From Lama glama (taxonomy: Eukaryota), in contig CM052820.1 in assembly GCA_028534125.1 (NCBI GenBank), forward strand, positions 2,728,001-2,792,000: DNA of 64,000 bases, written 5' to 3'. Shown here piece after piece: positions 13,701 through 28,700 of this stretch. The notes beneath the pieces are model-generated. The model was not told the DNA's origin, ran no database searches, and worked only from the letters and a program-made list of their open reading frames with translations. The number at the start of each line of letters is the position of its first letter. Position 1 is the first letter of the stretch. A program made the position numbers and the translations under genes.

Positions 13701-16700
13701 TGCCTTTGTGATCACGGGAGGCAAGTCAGTGGAGGATGCGCAGGAGGCCAGCCTGGCCCTCACCCAGAGAGGTGTCAAGGTGTTTGCGGTGGGCGTGAGG
13801 AACATCGACTCAGAGGAGGTGGGGAAGATAGCCTCCAACAGCGCGACGGCGTTCCGCGTGGGGAACGTCCAGGAGCTGTCGGAGCTGAGCGAGCAAGTTT
13901 TGGAAACTCTGCATGACGCCATGCATGAGACCCTGTGTCCGGGTGTCACTGATGTGTCCAAAGGTAAGCCCCTCGAGGTGCATATTTTCACCCCTGTCCT
14001 GTCCATGTTGGCGTTGTCTGGTTCCTAGGCCCCCAGCACTGGCCTCAGGGCTCCTTAGCACCCGATGCTCAGGCATTTACTTACGTCCACGTGGGCTGGG
14101 TCCTGGTTGTCACCTACCGTTGTTAGGGGCTGTGCTTCCGGGATGAGAGTGGACATGTGTCTTTCCTTGTTCTCACCAGATTTACATTCCCCCCTTATTC
14201 TTTAATCCCCAGAATTATTCAGACTCACTCATCCCTGTTTCTCTTTATAGGTTCATTAGATCAATTATTTTAGATCAGAGTGTTTGAGTTCTCAAGTGTG
14301 TTTAATTAAAGCACAAACTTGGGATGCATTTGAACACTGACTATGCACCATGCCAAAGCTGATTAACGTCACCAAAGCAGCCACGCTAAAATGGCCAATA
14401 ATTTTGGCTCCTAAGGGTCAGCACCAGTGTTCCAGGGGGAAGGAGAGGCAGATCTAATCGCTTCTTGGAGCTCATACGCAGAAGATCTCGTGTTGCCCTT
14501 GAGTGTGGTGTCCCGGTCCACGTCTGGGGCGGTGCCTGTACGTTGAATGCGTCTCGGCAGGTGGACTGAGGGCTCATCGCCTGCTTTTCCCTTGACAGCC
14601 TGTAATCTGGATGTGATCCTGGGCTTTGATGGTTCAAGCGATCAGAATGTATTCGTGGCTCAGAAGGGCCTTGAGTCTAAGGTGGACACCGTCTTGAATA
14701 GAATCAGCCAGATGCAGAGGATCAGCTGCAGCGGCAACCAGATGCCCACGGTGCGGGTGTCGGTGGTGGCCAACTCGCCCTCGGGCCCCGTGGAGGCCTT
14801 TGACTTCGCCGAGTACCAGCCGGAGCTGTTTGAGAAGTTCCGGAACATGCGCAACCAGCACCCCTACGTCCTCACCGCCGACACGCTGAGGCTCTACCAG
14901 AACAAGCTCCGGCAGGCGTCGCCCGACGGCGTGAAGGTGAGCTGGGCAGCGCCTTTTCCCGCTGCCTGGGCCGCCTTCAAGCCCGGGAGCCCCTCCCCCA
15001 ACCCGTCTTGTCTAGATGTTCTTCTCATTTGATGGGGGTGGGAGTGCCTGGACGTAAAAGTCCTTTATGGCAGCTGATCATCCTGTCCTGGGACGTGGCG
15101 CCTTCCTCGTTTTACTAAAGCCCTGAACAGAAATCTTGGAAATCAGTACTTAAGCTTGGATGAGTTGCATCTGTGATTAATTCATGTTTAATCCTAGTCT
15201 TGCCCGTTAAATGCGTTATGTTCTCTACTTTTACATATTTGTCTCTCTCTTCCTCTGTATTTGTGTACACACACACACACACACACACACAGTTCACTGG
15301 GGCTGCCATGACAAAGTACCACGGCACAGGCTGGGTGGCTTAAAAGTGGAAATGTGTTCCCTCGCGGTCCTGGAGGCTGGAAGTCCGGGATCAGAGAATC
15401 GGCAGGGTCGGTTTTTCTTTCTAGCGTATTCTGGGAGAACCGAGCCTCAGGCAGACGCAGTTCTGACGGATCTGTGGGGGCGCGTGCGCTCCACCACCTC
15501 CTGTCCCACCGTCCTGACGCCCCCCCAGGGTTGTTTTTCCCTTTGTCTCTACGCGGCTTGTAGATGGTGTCTCCTCCCTCTGTCTCCACATGGTTTTCCC
15601 TCTGTGTGTGTCTGTGTCCTAATCACCTCTTTTTTTTTTTTTTGCTATTTTTTTATTGAACTAATCACCTTTACTGAGAAGGACGTCAGTCATGTTGGAT
15701 GAGGCCCACTCTAATGGCCTCATTTAACTTAATTCCCTCTTTAAAAGCCCTATCACCAAACACAAAATTCCTCCAACACAGGAATTGTGGAGGGACACAG
15801 CTCAGCCTGTCTCACACACACACACACAGACGAGTTCTAGGAGCTACTCCCCCCGGATGAGAGAATGAGGTCAACTTTTCATTTCCATTGTTGTTTGTGC
15901 TCTTTAAGAAGCCGAGCGCTGCAATAAACCCGTTTGTTTCATACCTCGTTTACTGCACAGTGTCAAGGAACTCTGAAAGGAGGGTGACTGTTTCTCAACC
16001 TCGGTCCTCAGTTTCTGCAGTTGTAAGAAGAAGAACTGAGTCATTTTCCTCTGACTCTTCTTTTATCTTCAGGTGATCATTCATTTTACCGATGGGGTGG
16101 ATGGAGACATGGCTGATTTACAAAAAGCATCTGAGGAACTCCGACAGGAAGGTAAGTTCCGGGCTTTCTAAGAGGGAGAGGCAGACCTGGGTGAGGCAGG
16201 CGCACTGCTGGGCTGGAGAGGAGCAACTCCACTGATGGACCGTCTGGCGGAGTGGCTTCTCTTGGAGGACAGGTCCTCCCAGCACCCTGACCCTCTGTCG
16301 CCTGCCTGGGGCGACGGGATAGAGCCAACAAGGACCCCTTACTTACGAGACAGCTCTATCACCTGGTCCCGGCCCGGGCCCCCTGGGGCCTCAGGCTCAT
16401 TCACGACACGGTAGAGCATCTAGAAGGCTTGGTGCTTTTGCAAAAGAACATGAAGTTTTGATTCATTTGGTTACACCATATAAACTAGGAATTAACTTTC
16501 TAGCAAAAACTATTGCTGCATTTTCAGTCAGCAGCTACCACAGCTCAAAAATACTGCACTGTTAAGATACACTTTAATACGGAATGATGAAGGCATGCTG
16601 TCCAAATGCAGGGTGACTGGATAGGCGATGAAGCCCGTTACCAGATGTGCTAGTTGACTGTTCGTTTGCTTTGGAATTCGGTAGCACTGACTATCAAAAA

Positions 16701-19700
16701 GTGAGCGCCAACACCAGAGGTTTAAGAAGAATTTACGGAAGTGTAACTTATCCCAGAAACGTTCTAGTTATTACCTTGCTTTTCCGGAGCAGAGGAGCTG
16801 AGACTGCTAGTGCCTGGTTTTGGAGATGTGGGATTTCAGTTCTTCCCGCAGCCCACCCGGGTTATGCAGAACCAGAGTTTGAGGACTTACGCATGAATAG
16901 ACTTCACGGTGTCATTTCCTGTGGCTACATTGATCAGCTTACTTACAGAGGTATCTGAATCTATTGCTCCGAGGAGTCCAAAGTTCCTGTGTTCCAACTC
17001 TTGAAAGAGTTGAAAGTTAACGAGTATGATTAAACGTGTTTCATTTCATGGCGAAATTTTATACTGACGCTTTCTTTGAAAATAAAGAGTCAGGAGGAAA
17101 AAATGCTGGGGCTCTTGAATGCCTAGGCGAGCCTTGTAAGTGTGCCTGTCCCCACAGGCGTCCGAGCTCTGATCTTGGTGGGCCTGGAGCGCGTGGCCAA
17201 CTTGGAGCAGCTGATGCAGCTGGAGTTCGGGCGGGGATTCACATACAACCGGCCCCTGAGGCTGAACTTGCTGGACCTGGATTATGAGCTGGCGGAGCAG
17301 CTTGTGAGTGTGTTACGTGTCTGCACACTGATGGGTTGAGGTACCTCCATTCTTGGCAACTCAAGATGACGACGCCAGTCATCAGGGACCTCTGGGCGGC
17401 CATTTAGCTCATTTAATTGACTTGAGAGCTGCTTTGCTGCCATAACATGGATGGATCCTGCAAACGGAGATCTCAGAGAACAGGGGGGCTGAGGGCTGGG
17501 AAACGGGTCTCCAGGCGGCCGACGCTGCGGCGGAGAGTTTTCTTCTCTCCCTTTCGTGAGATTTCTTTTCATCTATAAGATGCAGAGAAGGCATAACATC
17601 GAGACTGACCCTCTCCCCTCCCCAAATGGGAAACAGTGAGAACAAGAATATGCAGGGAAGGAGAGACCATTTCTCGGTGGAAATGTGCTTCTTTGGCCTT
17701 CTGTTCCAGTCCCCTTGGAGCCCACGATGGCGCCCCGGGAGGCTTGCAAATCCTCAGTGGGTGGGGTTAACTCCAAGGCTTGGGGCTCGGGCTGGAATTG
17801 GGGTTGCTTTTTTTTTAATTGAGTGGAAGCAGGTTGAGAATTGACAAACCTGGGACATGGGAGAAAATGAAAACTCTAGGAAATTCACTGCAAGAAAATG
17901 CATTGAGCACCATGACTTCAGCCGGTGGAAGTGTCTTTCGGGCTTGCGCTTTCCTGCACGGGGTCAGGGCGGGAAGGGAGCGTCCGGGGTGTCAGACGGG
18001 CGTCAGAGGCGCTGATGCCTGGAGGGGTGGCGCTTGTGGCGAAGAGGCAGGGACCCCGCACCACGGCTGCTCCCAGGGCTCCTCCAGGCTGGCGCCACGT
18101 TCCGCGGCTCTGACTGGGGTTCTGAGGAAGGGCGTACGGTCTCCACCTGCAACCAGCTTCCATCCTGCCCGTCTGCAGTTGGTTTGTTAGGTTTTGCTTT
18201 TTGGAGATTCAAAATGCGTTCAGTTCTGCTTAACATTTGGTGCTTGGGTATGTTTGGTGGGAGCTTCTAGAGGCAAGGCCCAGCCTGGGGTGACACTGTG
18301 AACGAGATTTACTGACTTGGGTGGCTCCGCAGTCTCCACTGGTGGCCCCCTCCCCCCACCCTGGCCCTGCCTGATAGCCCTTCCGGGGAAGGCCGTGCGG
18401 GGCGGGGGGCTTCCCCTCCCGCTGTGAGGTCCGCGCCCCTCGGGTCCGGGCCTTTTGGTACACTGGTGCTGCTTTTTTCCATCGTCATTTATGGAGACTT
18501 GAACTTCTTCGTTCCTTTGTTTCGGCAGGACAACATTGCTGAGAAAGCTTGCTGTGGGGTCCCCTGCAAGTGCTCTGGACAGAGGGGAGACCGAGGGCCC
18601 CTTGGCAGCATCGGGCCGAAGGTATGGTGGTCCGACTCACTTTTTGTGCCTGAGACCAGGTTTCGGGGCCGCTGGGGCTTTGGCTGGGAGCTTTCCCTGC
18701 TGTCAGAGGACCAGCCCAGGCTGCACGACAGGCGACCTGAGGTGCAGACGGCGCCCGGGTGTCTGCCGCATCCTGCCTTTCCGTGGGGTTGGGGAGGGCC
18801 TGTTCTTTTCCTTTGCAGTTGAAGTACAGTCAGTTTACAGTGTCGTGCCAGTTTCCGGCGCCCAGCATGACGGCTCAGTCACATGCGTACATACGTGTAT
18901 GCCTTTTCATACTCTTCTTCATTATAGGCTACTATAGGATGCTGACTAGAGTTCTCTGTGCTGGGGGTGTGTTGTTTATCTATTTTATGTACAGTAGTTT
19001 GCACCTGCAAATCTTAAATTCCCGATGTATCCCTTCCCACCCCTTCTTCCTTTATTGCATTGGTTCTTCATTTTCTAAAATAATGTTAAGACCAGGGGGC
19101 ACCGTTGACTGGCAGCCTCCCTACGATGGTCAGCAGGGATCTTCACGTTTGCCTCCAAGTCCTAGGAAGCGTACAGGATTTCTTGCAAGATCGAGAGTCT
19201 TAAAGATCCTGATAGAAACAACGAGTGGGAAACAGTTACCCCAAGGCGCCCCTACAGGACTGCTCCTCCAGATGGAGGGGGGCCAGGGAGAGGCTTAAGT
19301 GCAGCACAGAGGAAACCGACGAGTTAACCGAGGACCTTTGCTCGCTTTGTTTCAGGGGATTCCTGGAGAGGACGGCTACCGAGGGTATCCTGGTGATGAG
19401 GGGGGACCTGTAAGTAAAAGTTGTTCCAGTCCTTTCATCTTGATTCCCTCCTCACCCGTCTTGTGTTGGAGCTGAATCGTGGGGTTCCCGATCTGTTCAG
19501 ATTCCAGTGCCTTTTCCACTGGGAAAAAATTAATTTCTAATTTTCTTAACAACTCAGATGTCTATTCTCTGGAAACTGGTATGATGGTCCCAGCATGACA
19601 AATATGGATACACAGTACAGGTTTTGACTTACTCCATCCCAGAGGGAGAGGCTAAATGGCCTCTGAGACAGAGGGCCACCGAATACGGCAAACCCAGTGC

Positions 19701-22700
19701 CTGCCGGATTCACGTACCCAGGCAGAGGCGAGCGTGAGCTGGAGCAGGGCGCGGGGGATGCCTAGTCAGGGCCGCAGTGGGGACGCCCTTTGAGGGGAGC
19801 CTCCCAGAGAAAGGCTGCTGATTTAGGTTATCTGTAGCTCAGGGGTGCAGTCGGGGGTGGGCAGAGCCTGCAGCTGGGCTTTGGGAAGTAGAACCTGGCA
19901 CAGAAGTGTCTTGAGATGCTGGAACAAGACCCCACCCTGGGATGGGAATGAAGGGCCCATGGGAGTAGCTGAAGTCACCAGGGTCCCACCTGGCCATGCT
20001 GGGGGTTAGCACCCGGCCCGGACCCCAGTGGAGAGTTGGGGACCAGGGACCATGGAGAGGAGCAGCCAGCCTGAAGGTTCTCCGCGGGGCCCGGCACCCA
20101 CCCAGACCCCGTCCCCTGAGACCCGCTCATCCGCAGCCCACCAGGAGGTGCCCCCTGGGCTGCAGATCCTCCCAGACCCCAGTCCCACAGGGGAGGGACC
20201 TGCAGGTTCAAGGCCCAGGGCAGAGGTCTGCCGGAGGTGCGGGGCAGGGACGCTGGAGGCTTCTCCGGGCACATCCATCTGCCCGCCGGTGGACTGCTTT
20301 CCAGTGCCCGCCTTCCACAGGGATGCCTCCTGGGTGGGGACACACGACAAGAAACTCCAACTCACCAACTGCCTTTGCTTCTCCCCACAGGGTGAGCGCG
20401 GCCCCCCTGGCGTGAACGGCACCCAAGGCTTCCAGGGTTGCCCGGGGCAGAGAGGAGTCAAGGTAGAGTGGGGTGGCCCCCAGGCGTGGGGAGGGGACCG
20501 CAGCCCCTGGCCCCTCGCCACGGGGAGATGGGGGTCAGCAGCACGTGCCGAAGTGAGGCAGCCTCTCCAGCCGCCAGGGCTTCTCGGCTCTGCCGGGGAG
20601 GGAGCCCGGGGCTGGAGAGGTAGTGTCCCAGGGAAGCGGGAAGCAGCCCAGGACATGCCCACAAGGACAGATGGCAGAACACGGGTGGCGGGGGGCCGGG
20701 TGGAGAAGGCCAGAGCCCAGCGGGCCGCTTCAGCCCCCGGACCCTGGGAGGAGCGAGGTAGGTGGGGAGAGGGAGAGAGGCTTGGAGTCAAGGGCTGACG
20801 ACCTTCTGAGTTTACTGGTTTGTGAGTAGGTGCTGAAGGCCGGGCCACCTCTCTGCAATGTTAGAAAAGGGCCTTCAGGGCCCACCTTCCTGCCCAGAGA
20901 GCCAAGACCACCCAGGCGCTCAGATCCAGGCACATTAGCTTTACGATCCCCTCGTGATGGAGAGAGAGAGCTATCCAAACAGATGAATCTCTAACACTGA
21001 ATTTTCAGACACTGGCTTTCAAGCTGGGGACGGGAAAAGGGCAGCCCTGAGCCTATTCTAGCCCGTTCTGTTCAGGAGCTAACGTTTCCCCTTTCCCTTA
21101 CTTCCTAGGGCTCCCGTGGATTCCCAGGAGAGAAGGTACTTAAGCTTGCTTTCCTTTTTATATATGAAACTTCCTCAGTAGTTCTCATTTTTCTTTCTCC
21201 AGAGGGCTTTCTACACTCACCATGTGTCTTCTTCCCTCACAGGGTGAATTAGGAGAAATCGGATTGGATGGTCTTGATGGTGAAGATGTAAGTGATTTTA
21301 CACTCTGAGTCCAAACTGCTTTTGGTCCTGAAGATTCCAGTGACTAATGCCTCAGTCTGTGGGAGACATTGTGCCAGGAATGACATTTTATTGTTGTCTT
21401 TGGCAGGGAGACAAGGGATTGCCCGGTTCTTCTGGAGAGAAAGGGAATCTGGGAAGAAGGGTAAGCATGTTTCTATAGTGTTACTGTTATAGGAAAACTA
21501 TGAACATTGCATTTAGGGATTATTTCTTTTATTTCGTAGGTTAAGACTGCTTCCTCCAGGCAGTCTTCCCTGACTTCCCTCTGGAAGTGCAACCTTGGTG
21601 TCTCCTATGTTCCCCGTTGGCTGTGACATATTTACATTATATTTTCTTGTTTGGAGAGTGTGTCCAATTGAGCAGAGACTGAGTGTGTTCTGTTGAAATA
21701 AATCCCCAGCGCCTGGCACAGAGTGGGTCCCCAATACATACTTGTAGGTGACCTGAAATGTTTGGAAATAATTTTATCTTCATGGCAAATGGGCACATGA
21801 TAAACGCTGAAACCTGGTTCTATTTCAGATGTGTGAACTGAAGAATGCGATTTTAAGGGTGAGCTAAAAATTTGAAACCCTATCTAATTCTCTGTCTCTG
21901 CCTGTGTTTTTTATTTAGGGTGACAAAGGACCTAAAGGGGACAAAGGAGAGAGAGGGGACATGGGGATCAGAGGTGACCCGGTAAGGGGGACTGCTTGTT
22001 GCTGATTTGAGAACTGGGGCTGGGGAAGGGGTTGAAAGAAAGGATTTTACCTTGGAAATGACTTCAAAACGTGTTGGCAAAATATGGGGTTTGTCCTTTT
22101 CTTAGAATTTTGGGGTGGCTGGAAACGTCTTTGCTCTCTCGCTGCAAAGATAAGTGTTTGCAAGGTCCACCATACGAAGACCCAAGACTTGTCCCTGAAA
22201 TGTGGTCTCGGGACACTTTTAAGTTTGCTTTAGGAGAAGAGCAGCGCTTGCCGCTTTCCTGGTTCTGTGGCTCTGTAAAGCCTGTCAGCAGGTGGCTGTC
22301 ACTGGGCCAGCCTCTTCCGGTCCAGGCCAGGCCGAGGCAAGAGTGAACAGAGCAAGAACCCTCGCCCCCCAGTTTGGGGCTCCCAGGGATCGCTGACCCC
22401 ACGTGGGCTCGGTCAGGGGGTGGGCGTTGTCTGGGTGGGACGTGGCTGAAGGGACTGGCATTCAGACCATCACTAATAATTTTCTGGCCACTGTCCCAGC
22501 AGCAGTGGCCTTCTGTGCACACGTGGTTTATTCCCTGACCTGTGATGTTTTCAGGGTGACTCAGGACAGGACAGCCAGCAGAGAGGACCCAAAGGAGAAA
22601 CCGGAGATATCGGCCCCATGGTACAGTGCTCGTGTTCCTAGACAACCCCTGGGCGGAGGGTCTGAGAAACAAAGCTCACGTTCAAAGATGAACAAATGGT

Positions 22701-25700
22701 TCTTGGCCATCCGCGGAGGCCGTGGACATGGCCTTTAAGGCTGTGCATGTACAAGGTCAGGGTCAGGGGCAGAGAGTCCTGGGAGCATGGGTATGCCCGT
22801 GACGGGGTCTCCAACGGGACAGAAACAGCCCCTCCAAGAGGGACTTCCTCTCAGCAGAGTTTGTGCCCCTTAGATATTTCCAGAAAGTGCTTGGCAGGCC
22901 AAAGGCTTGTGGGGGCAGGAGCACCTGTGTCTGAGGCACCCGCGGAACGTGCGACCCTCCCGCGGTGGACCCGTTCCTTTCCCGCGGCGTCTTGTGCAGT
23001 ATTTGAGTCACACGTTCTTCTCTGCAGATGAGACTCTTATGTCAGTTTTCTTTCCCACGCCAGGGTCTCCCTGGGAGAGACGGGGTGTCTGGAAGTCCTG
23101 GAGAGCCCGGGAAAAGCGTGAGTGCCTCTTGCGGTCTGGGGGGGTCCTGGGTCATATTTACCTAAACCTGCTGGACACTCCCTGGGGCAGAGTTACTGGG
23201 AACTGTCTATTTAGGGAATTTAAGGGGGTTTTGGAAACCAGCGTCACCCACTTGTTACCGCTTATAGAATCTTTGATTTAATCATTTACTCTGGGCTCAC
23301 CCCAGCCCTGCTTCTCTCCCCTCCCAAAAACATACTGAACAGACACTTTTTTTTCACCAAATCTTTTTTTTAAATTGAACACTTTTTTTTAAACCAAATC
23401 TTTTTTCTTTAATTGAAGTATAGTTGGTTTATAATGTTGTGTTAGTTTCTGGTGTCCTGAACAGACATTTTAAAAATAGTATTGTTGCCACTTTTGAATA
23501 TTTGGCCAGATTTGATCCCCCTGAATATTTAAAGAATCTGAACAGAAACACGAATACAGGGCAGCGGGGGAGGAAGGTGCAGGTGCATGTTTGTTTTGTT
23601 TTCTAAGTGTTTGTTTTCCTGGGGCTGCTGTAACTCAAGCAACGAAACAGTTTTCTAGTGAATTGCACCTCGCGATTGCTTTTTCAAGACATTTCGGAAA
23701 TGCCTGTTGCAGGCCGCTCACTGCGTGGCCCGTCTTTGAGTCTTGTCGTAGGACTGCTGAAGCCAAAGGGAAGTGTGTGATCTTTGGGGAGCCGTCTGAA
23801 TGCTTCCAGGCTCCGGTGTGTAGGGAGCTCGGAGCTCCTAGCTGGGGGATGACCTGGAAGTTTGTAAATCCTTAGGGCCAGGTCAGGGCACTGCTGGGCG
23901 CCTGAGACCCGTCTCTGCTGAGCATCTGGCTGGGAACGGGGCACAGACGGGGCCAGAACGGGGCCCCCAAGCCATTCCCCCCACTACAGCCACGTGGTTA
24001 GGGGTCAGCAGCTGGACGATCAGAGGGCGTGTGCAGACGGGGGCTCTTAAAGGAAGTGACTCTCACCCATAAGCAGATGATACACTGCAGAGCATGACTT
24101 TGCTTTTAAAATTCAGAAGAAAACTTAGAATTTGAAACTGCTATCTGGAAAGGTTTGAGTGTGATTCTTGAAAAATGCTGTTGGGCTATCTGATGAAAAG
24201 AAAGTAAGAAATAATTGTTACAATGTGCTGTACGACTCGGTTCGTGTGCAGAGCCAAAACTTTGTTTCCATGATAAGACTTAAAATACAGCTGTGCATAC
24301 AATTGGTTTGAATTCTGTTCACAGGGTAGAAACTTGGGTTTGCACTTAGTACAGATTTGGGCTGTCTTCCCTCATGACCTCGCTCAGGCCAAGATGAAAG
24401 GCGTCCCTCCCACGGGCTGCCTCGCGCCTCACGTCACCCTCAGGGTCTCTGCGGCTGCCTGTGGCCCGAGCACAGGGGGCCTCTGGTCACACTCTGGGAT
24501 GCCCCTTGGTGAGTGGCCAGCCAGATGGTTACTCTGGAGGAGTGGGCTGGCGGTGCCTATCCCCCTCCTGTCCACGTGTTGTCCCTGGAAGGAGGAAGGT
24601 CTTCCATTAAAGAAGCTGCCACTACAGTGAATCACAGCAGGACGGTCACCCTAGAAGGTCACTGGGTGGGTCTGTTGGGAGCAGAGAATGTGGTTCTGGG
24701 GTTGATGCAACAGATGGTCCAAGCCTGTAATAGGCTGGTGTGTCACAGGCTTCAGAACACCGACCCTAACCTTGCAAAGATCCATCTGGAATGTCCAAAT
24801 GCTGCCCCCAAGCCCTCCCAGCGAAGCAGCAGCGATCCCGAGGTGGGAATTCATGGATTACTCATGCAGGGAGCCCACAGTTATTTGAACTAAGGTCACT
24901 GCTGGAGCGTCGAGGAAGGTGCTGCTAAGTCAGGAGTCCAAACCAAGGGCAGCCGGGCTCTTAGGTGCACATGTGTGCACTTTGGATCCTTTACTCAACC
25001 AGGAGTGTGTTATATTTGGCCAGGAGAGTCTGGGACTCCCTTCTACTAGAGTGAGCGCATTTCATCCCCCCTCCCTCCAATTAAGAAAATGGAACAAAAC
25101 TAGACTGGTCGGCACGCCTGCTTCACAGCCCTCACGTGGCTGGGAGCATGTGGCCCGAGGGGCCCCCATTTTGGTCGATAGGACTAGAGTCATTCTCAGA
25201 CCTTCCCTTTGGATGGTTAATGAGGACAGCCTGGAAGCAACACTTTTCTGAGGTGAGGGCAGGAGCGAAGGGGTTGTTTCATGAGTGCTTCCTCAAGGTG
25301 GAGGGGGCACAGCATCTGGTGCCTGGTGGGTGTCGTGAAGCGGAGGGTTAATGGCAGAGGCCAGCCTCCCCCAGCCTCCCTGCCTCCCCCTCACAGCTTG
25401 TGTGACTTCTTCCTCAGGGCGGCTTTGGCCGAAGGGGACCCGCAGGAGCTAAGGTAAGCCGCTAAGCTGCCACCCCTTTTCCATCACCACCATGTGCCTC
25501 ACCACATGCTCTCAGGAGATGGGCCTCCCTCCTGCCCACAAAGTGAAAATTACTTTCTCCTTTACCATCGGGGGTGCAGCTCAAACAGCAGCTACCATCC
25601 CCTTAAATTTAGCTCTTCTACAGAGCCTTGTGAAAATGATGATGGCAGTGAAAATGACTATCAAAACAAAAGTGACAGTGGGGATGGGGGGAATGAAGGG

Positions 25701-28700
25701 AAAGATGGCAGAGGCAGCGTCCTGGGCACCTCTTGCCCGTGACATGTCCACTTCTCCGTCATCAGCAAGTCACATGTCTTGGTGGCTCCGTCTCCTCACC
25801 TGTGCAGGACATGTTTGGGTCCAAGATAGCTTCATTTCATGAAGTTGTCTTGAGGACAAGGCAAGGCCAGAGTGAGAACCAAAGATAAGGTTGGAGAATC
25901 AATGGCCGTGCAAAGTGACCACTGCCCTGACATCTCGCTCTGGGGTTGTCCTGTCGTCACTTCTGAGCCCTGGCACAGCTGTGTTTGTGGAACAGGTGGC
26001 TGACCCCTCCCTGCACCTTTTCTTGTTTCAAAGGGCAACAAGGGCGGTCCCGGCCAGCAGGGCTTTGCGGGAGAGCAGGGGACCAGAGGAGCACAGGTCA
26101 GTACCCCTGCTGTGGCAGCACGCCTGCTTATACTTTCCCACATGTCCTGGCAGTTTTTTAAATTGAAGCGGCCAACAATTTTATAAAATTGAACACAAAA
26201 TCAATCTTTTAAAGTGGCATTTAGTGCTCTCTCAACATTGCACCACCACCCTGTCTGTCTAGTTTCAAAACGTTTTCATCATCCCCAGAGGAGACCCTGG
26301 ACCCACTAAGTTGCCGTGCCCCATCCCCCCAGCTGCTGGCAACCACTGATTTCCTTTCTGTCTTGACGGATTTGCATGTTCTGGGCCTTTCGTGTAAATG
26401 GAATAATGTAATAAGTGGCCTTTTGTGTCTGGCTTCTTGCACTGAGCACCGTGTTTTGGAGGTGTCTCCACGCTGTGGCCCGTGTCAGTGTTTCGTTCCT
26501 TCCCGTGGTGGAACAGCATTCCCCTGGGTGGATCTCATGGTGTCCGTGGTGTGTCACGTCAACACCGCACTCACGTGGGCATTTTACTTCTCCAGGGACC
26601 AGCGGGTCCCACCGGCCCTCCCGGCCTGAGCGGAGAACAAGGCATTCCTGGACCCCGGGTAAGTCCGTCTGGGTACCACTCTTCTCTTTAGCTAAGTGGG
26701 TAGCACGTTGCCCCAGCGGGCTGGGGGTTTCCTGTTCCGTGGATGGTAGGGCAGGAGCCAGACCGTCCCCTCCGCCCGACTCTGGCAACATGGACCTGGT
26801 CCCACTCAGTCCTCCCAGCAACTGGCTGGTTCCCTCAAGGAAGTAAGAGACCGTTTTTTCTTGGTGCTTCAGGGGCTCGTGAGTCCCAGGGCTGCTGCTT
26901 CCAAATACACGCCAGCTGGGTGGTCAGCAAAGAAAGGACATGCCTTATGTAGACGCCTTAGGGTGGGTCTGCGTGAAGTCAGATCGGTCTGCCCGAATGC
27001 TCAGGTTATGCTGCATTGTTTCATGTTTGGCTCCTGGAAATTGACCCGGGGGTTTGATACTCTGTGTAAGGCATTCCCCATCCTCAAGTTCGACAGGGAA
27101 GAGGTTCCTTAAATTTGTGGTCACTGCAAACATCCACGGGTCCTGGACATTAGTGAAGACGTGTTGCGGCTGAGCTGGCACCGGGCGCCGGCACTCGCTC
27201 CGTGCTTGGTTGTCTGATGCCATACTGGGGAGCCGTCCTATCGTTTGCTCCGGAAAACTGTGATGACTAATTAACTGGCAGTGAACTAGCCTGAGGCTAC
27301 ATACATGCACAGAAATGTTTTACAGTGGAAGCAGGGACTTTGTGAGGGCCCCTCTTTGCTGAGAAAGTCCCTGCCTAGTTTGAAATTTGATAGATACCTA
27401 TTTTTACATCTTTTGTGGCTGTTCCCCCTACCATTTATTTAACCTCTGTTTCGTCAAGAAATTTTGGTGGTGCGGGGGCAGGGCGAAGCTCTGCAAACAG
27501 TTAACCATGAACATAGCTCCCACCGCCTGCTTTGGCCCCGTCCCTTCCAGTTGGCTCTGGGCCCCGCGGGTTGCACTGCGTGTTAAGAACTCGGTTCCTT
27601 TGTTGGTTTGTTCACTCCCTCAGTGCGTGTGCGTGGTTTCCACACCTGTGAAAGCAGGTGCTGGGTGTGGAGGTGAGGAAGGGAGAGGAGGTAAGCCACA
27701 TAATCTGGGTACTTGTCCCCATAATTGGTAACTTAGGAGATGGACGTTAACTACAATCAGTCGCTGAGGTTTGCACAAGCCGTCTCCAGGCACGTTTGCA
27801 CCGGGGTCTCCAGCACCCAGCGTCTGCGGCTCCGACCTCCACGAGGGGCGGGGCGGGCGCGATGCGGACACTTCGGCCTGGAGGGTGAGTGTTTCGCTGA
27901 CTCTCTCCTCTCCTCGTGCTCCAGGGAAGCGGGGGAACGGCAGGTGCTCCTGGAGAACGCGGCAGGACCGGGCCCCTGGGAAGAAAGGTTTGTCTGGACA
28001 AAGGTAGCGCTTGTTTCTCGATGCCAGGCCCGGCCAGACCCCGAGTCACCACTCCCTCCTTTGTCGGTCTGTCCAGCTGCTCAGTTTGCACACCCCTCCC
28101 CCCACCTCTGGTCTTTCCCACCCAGCCTCCCCCACTGACGGCCGGCTGGGCGGGTCACCCAAGTGCTTGGAATCACTATTTTATTTTATTTATTTTATTT
28201 TATTTTACTTTACTTTTAGAACAAAGATGCTCCTAGTACCGTTAGTGCTTAGGAAATTACAAAGGCTAGAATCTCATTTTAAATCGCCCCAGGCCCACAG
28301 GTGTCTCCGCCCTGTTTCTCGTGTCTAGGGTGAGCCCGGAGAGCCAGGACCTAAGGGAGGACTCGGGAACCGGGGCCCTCGTGGGGAGACGGTAAGATGA
28401 CCGGGTGCACGGGGCCCAGGCTGCCCCGACTTTGCTGAGCTGCTCAGGAGGCGGGGGGTGGGGTCTTGGGCGGCACTGGCCTTTGCCGTTGCAACCTGGG
28501 TTGGTTCCACTAGTGATAGCTCGATGGCTGCTTCTTATGTGACTGGGGGTATGATTGACAATAGTGAATTCTGCTGCTTATAATCAGCAAATGAGTTTCA
28601 AAATAAGTTTTATTTCATTGGAGGGGGTGTGAGTAAAGATTTTTTTTTTCTTGTATTTTTTTCTGCTAAGTGATTGAGTGAGTGAGGTGGTTCACTGACT

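Noticed and set aside
20006-20848. Overlapping 280-aa (-) and 256-aa (+) ORFs around exon 17
   Set aside because: GC-rich intronic DNA; only the 72-nt Gly-X-Y exon is supported.
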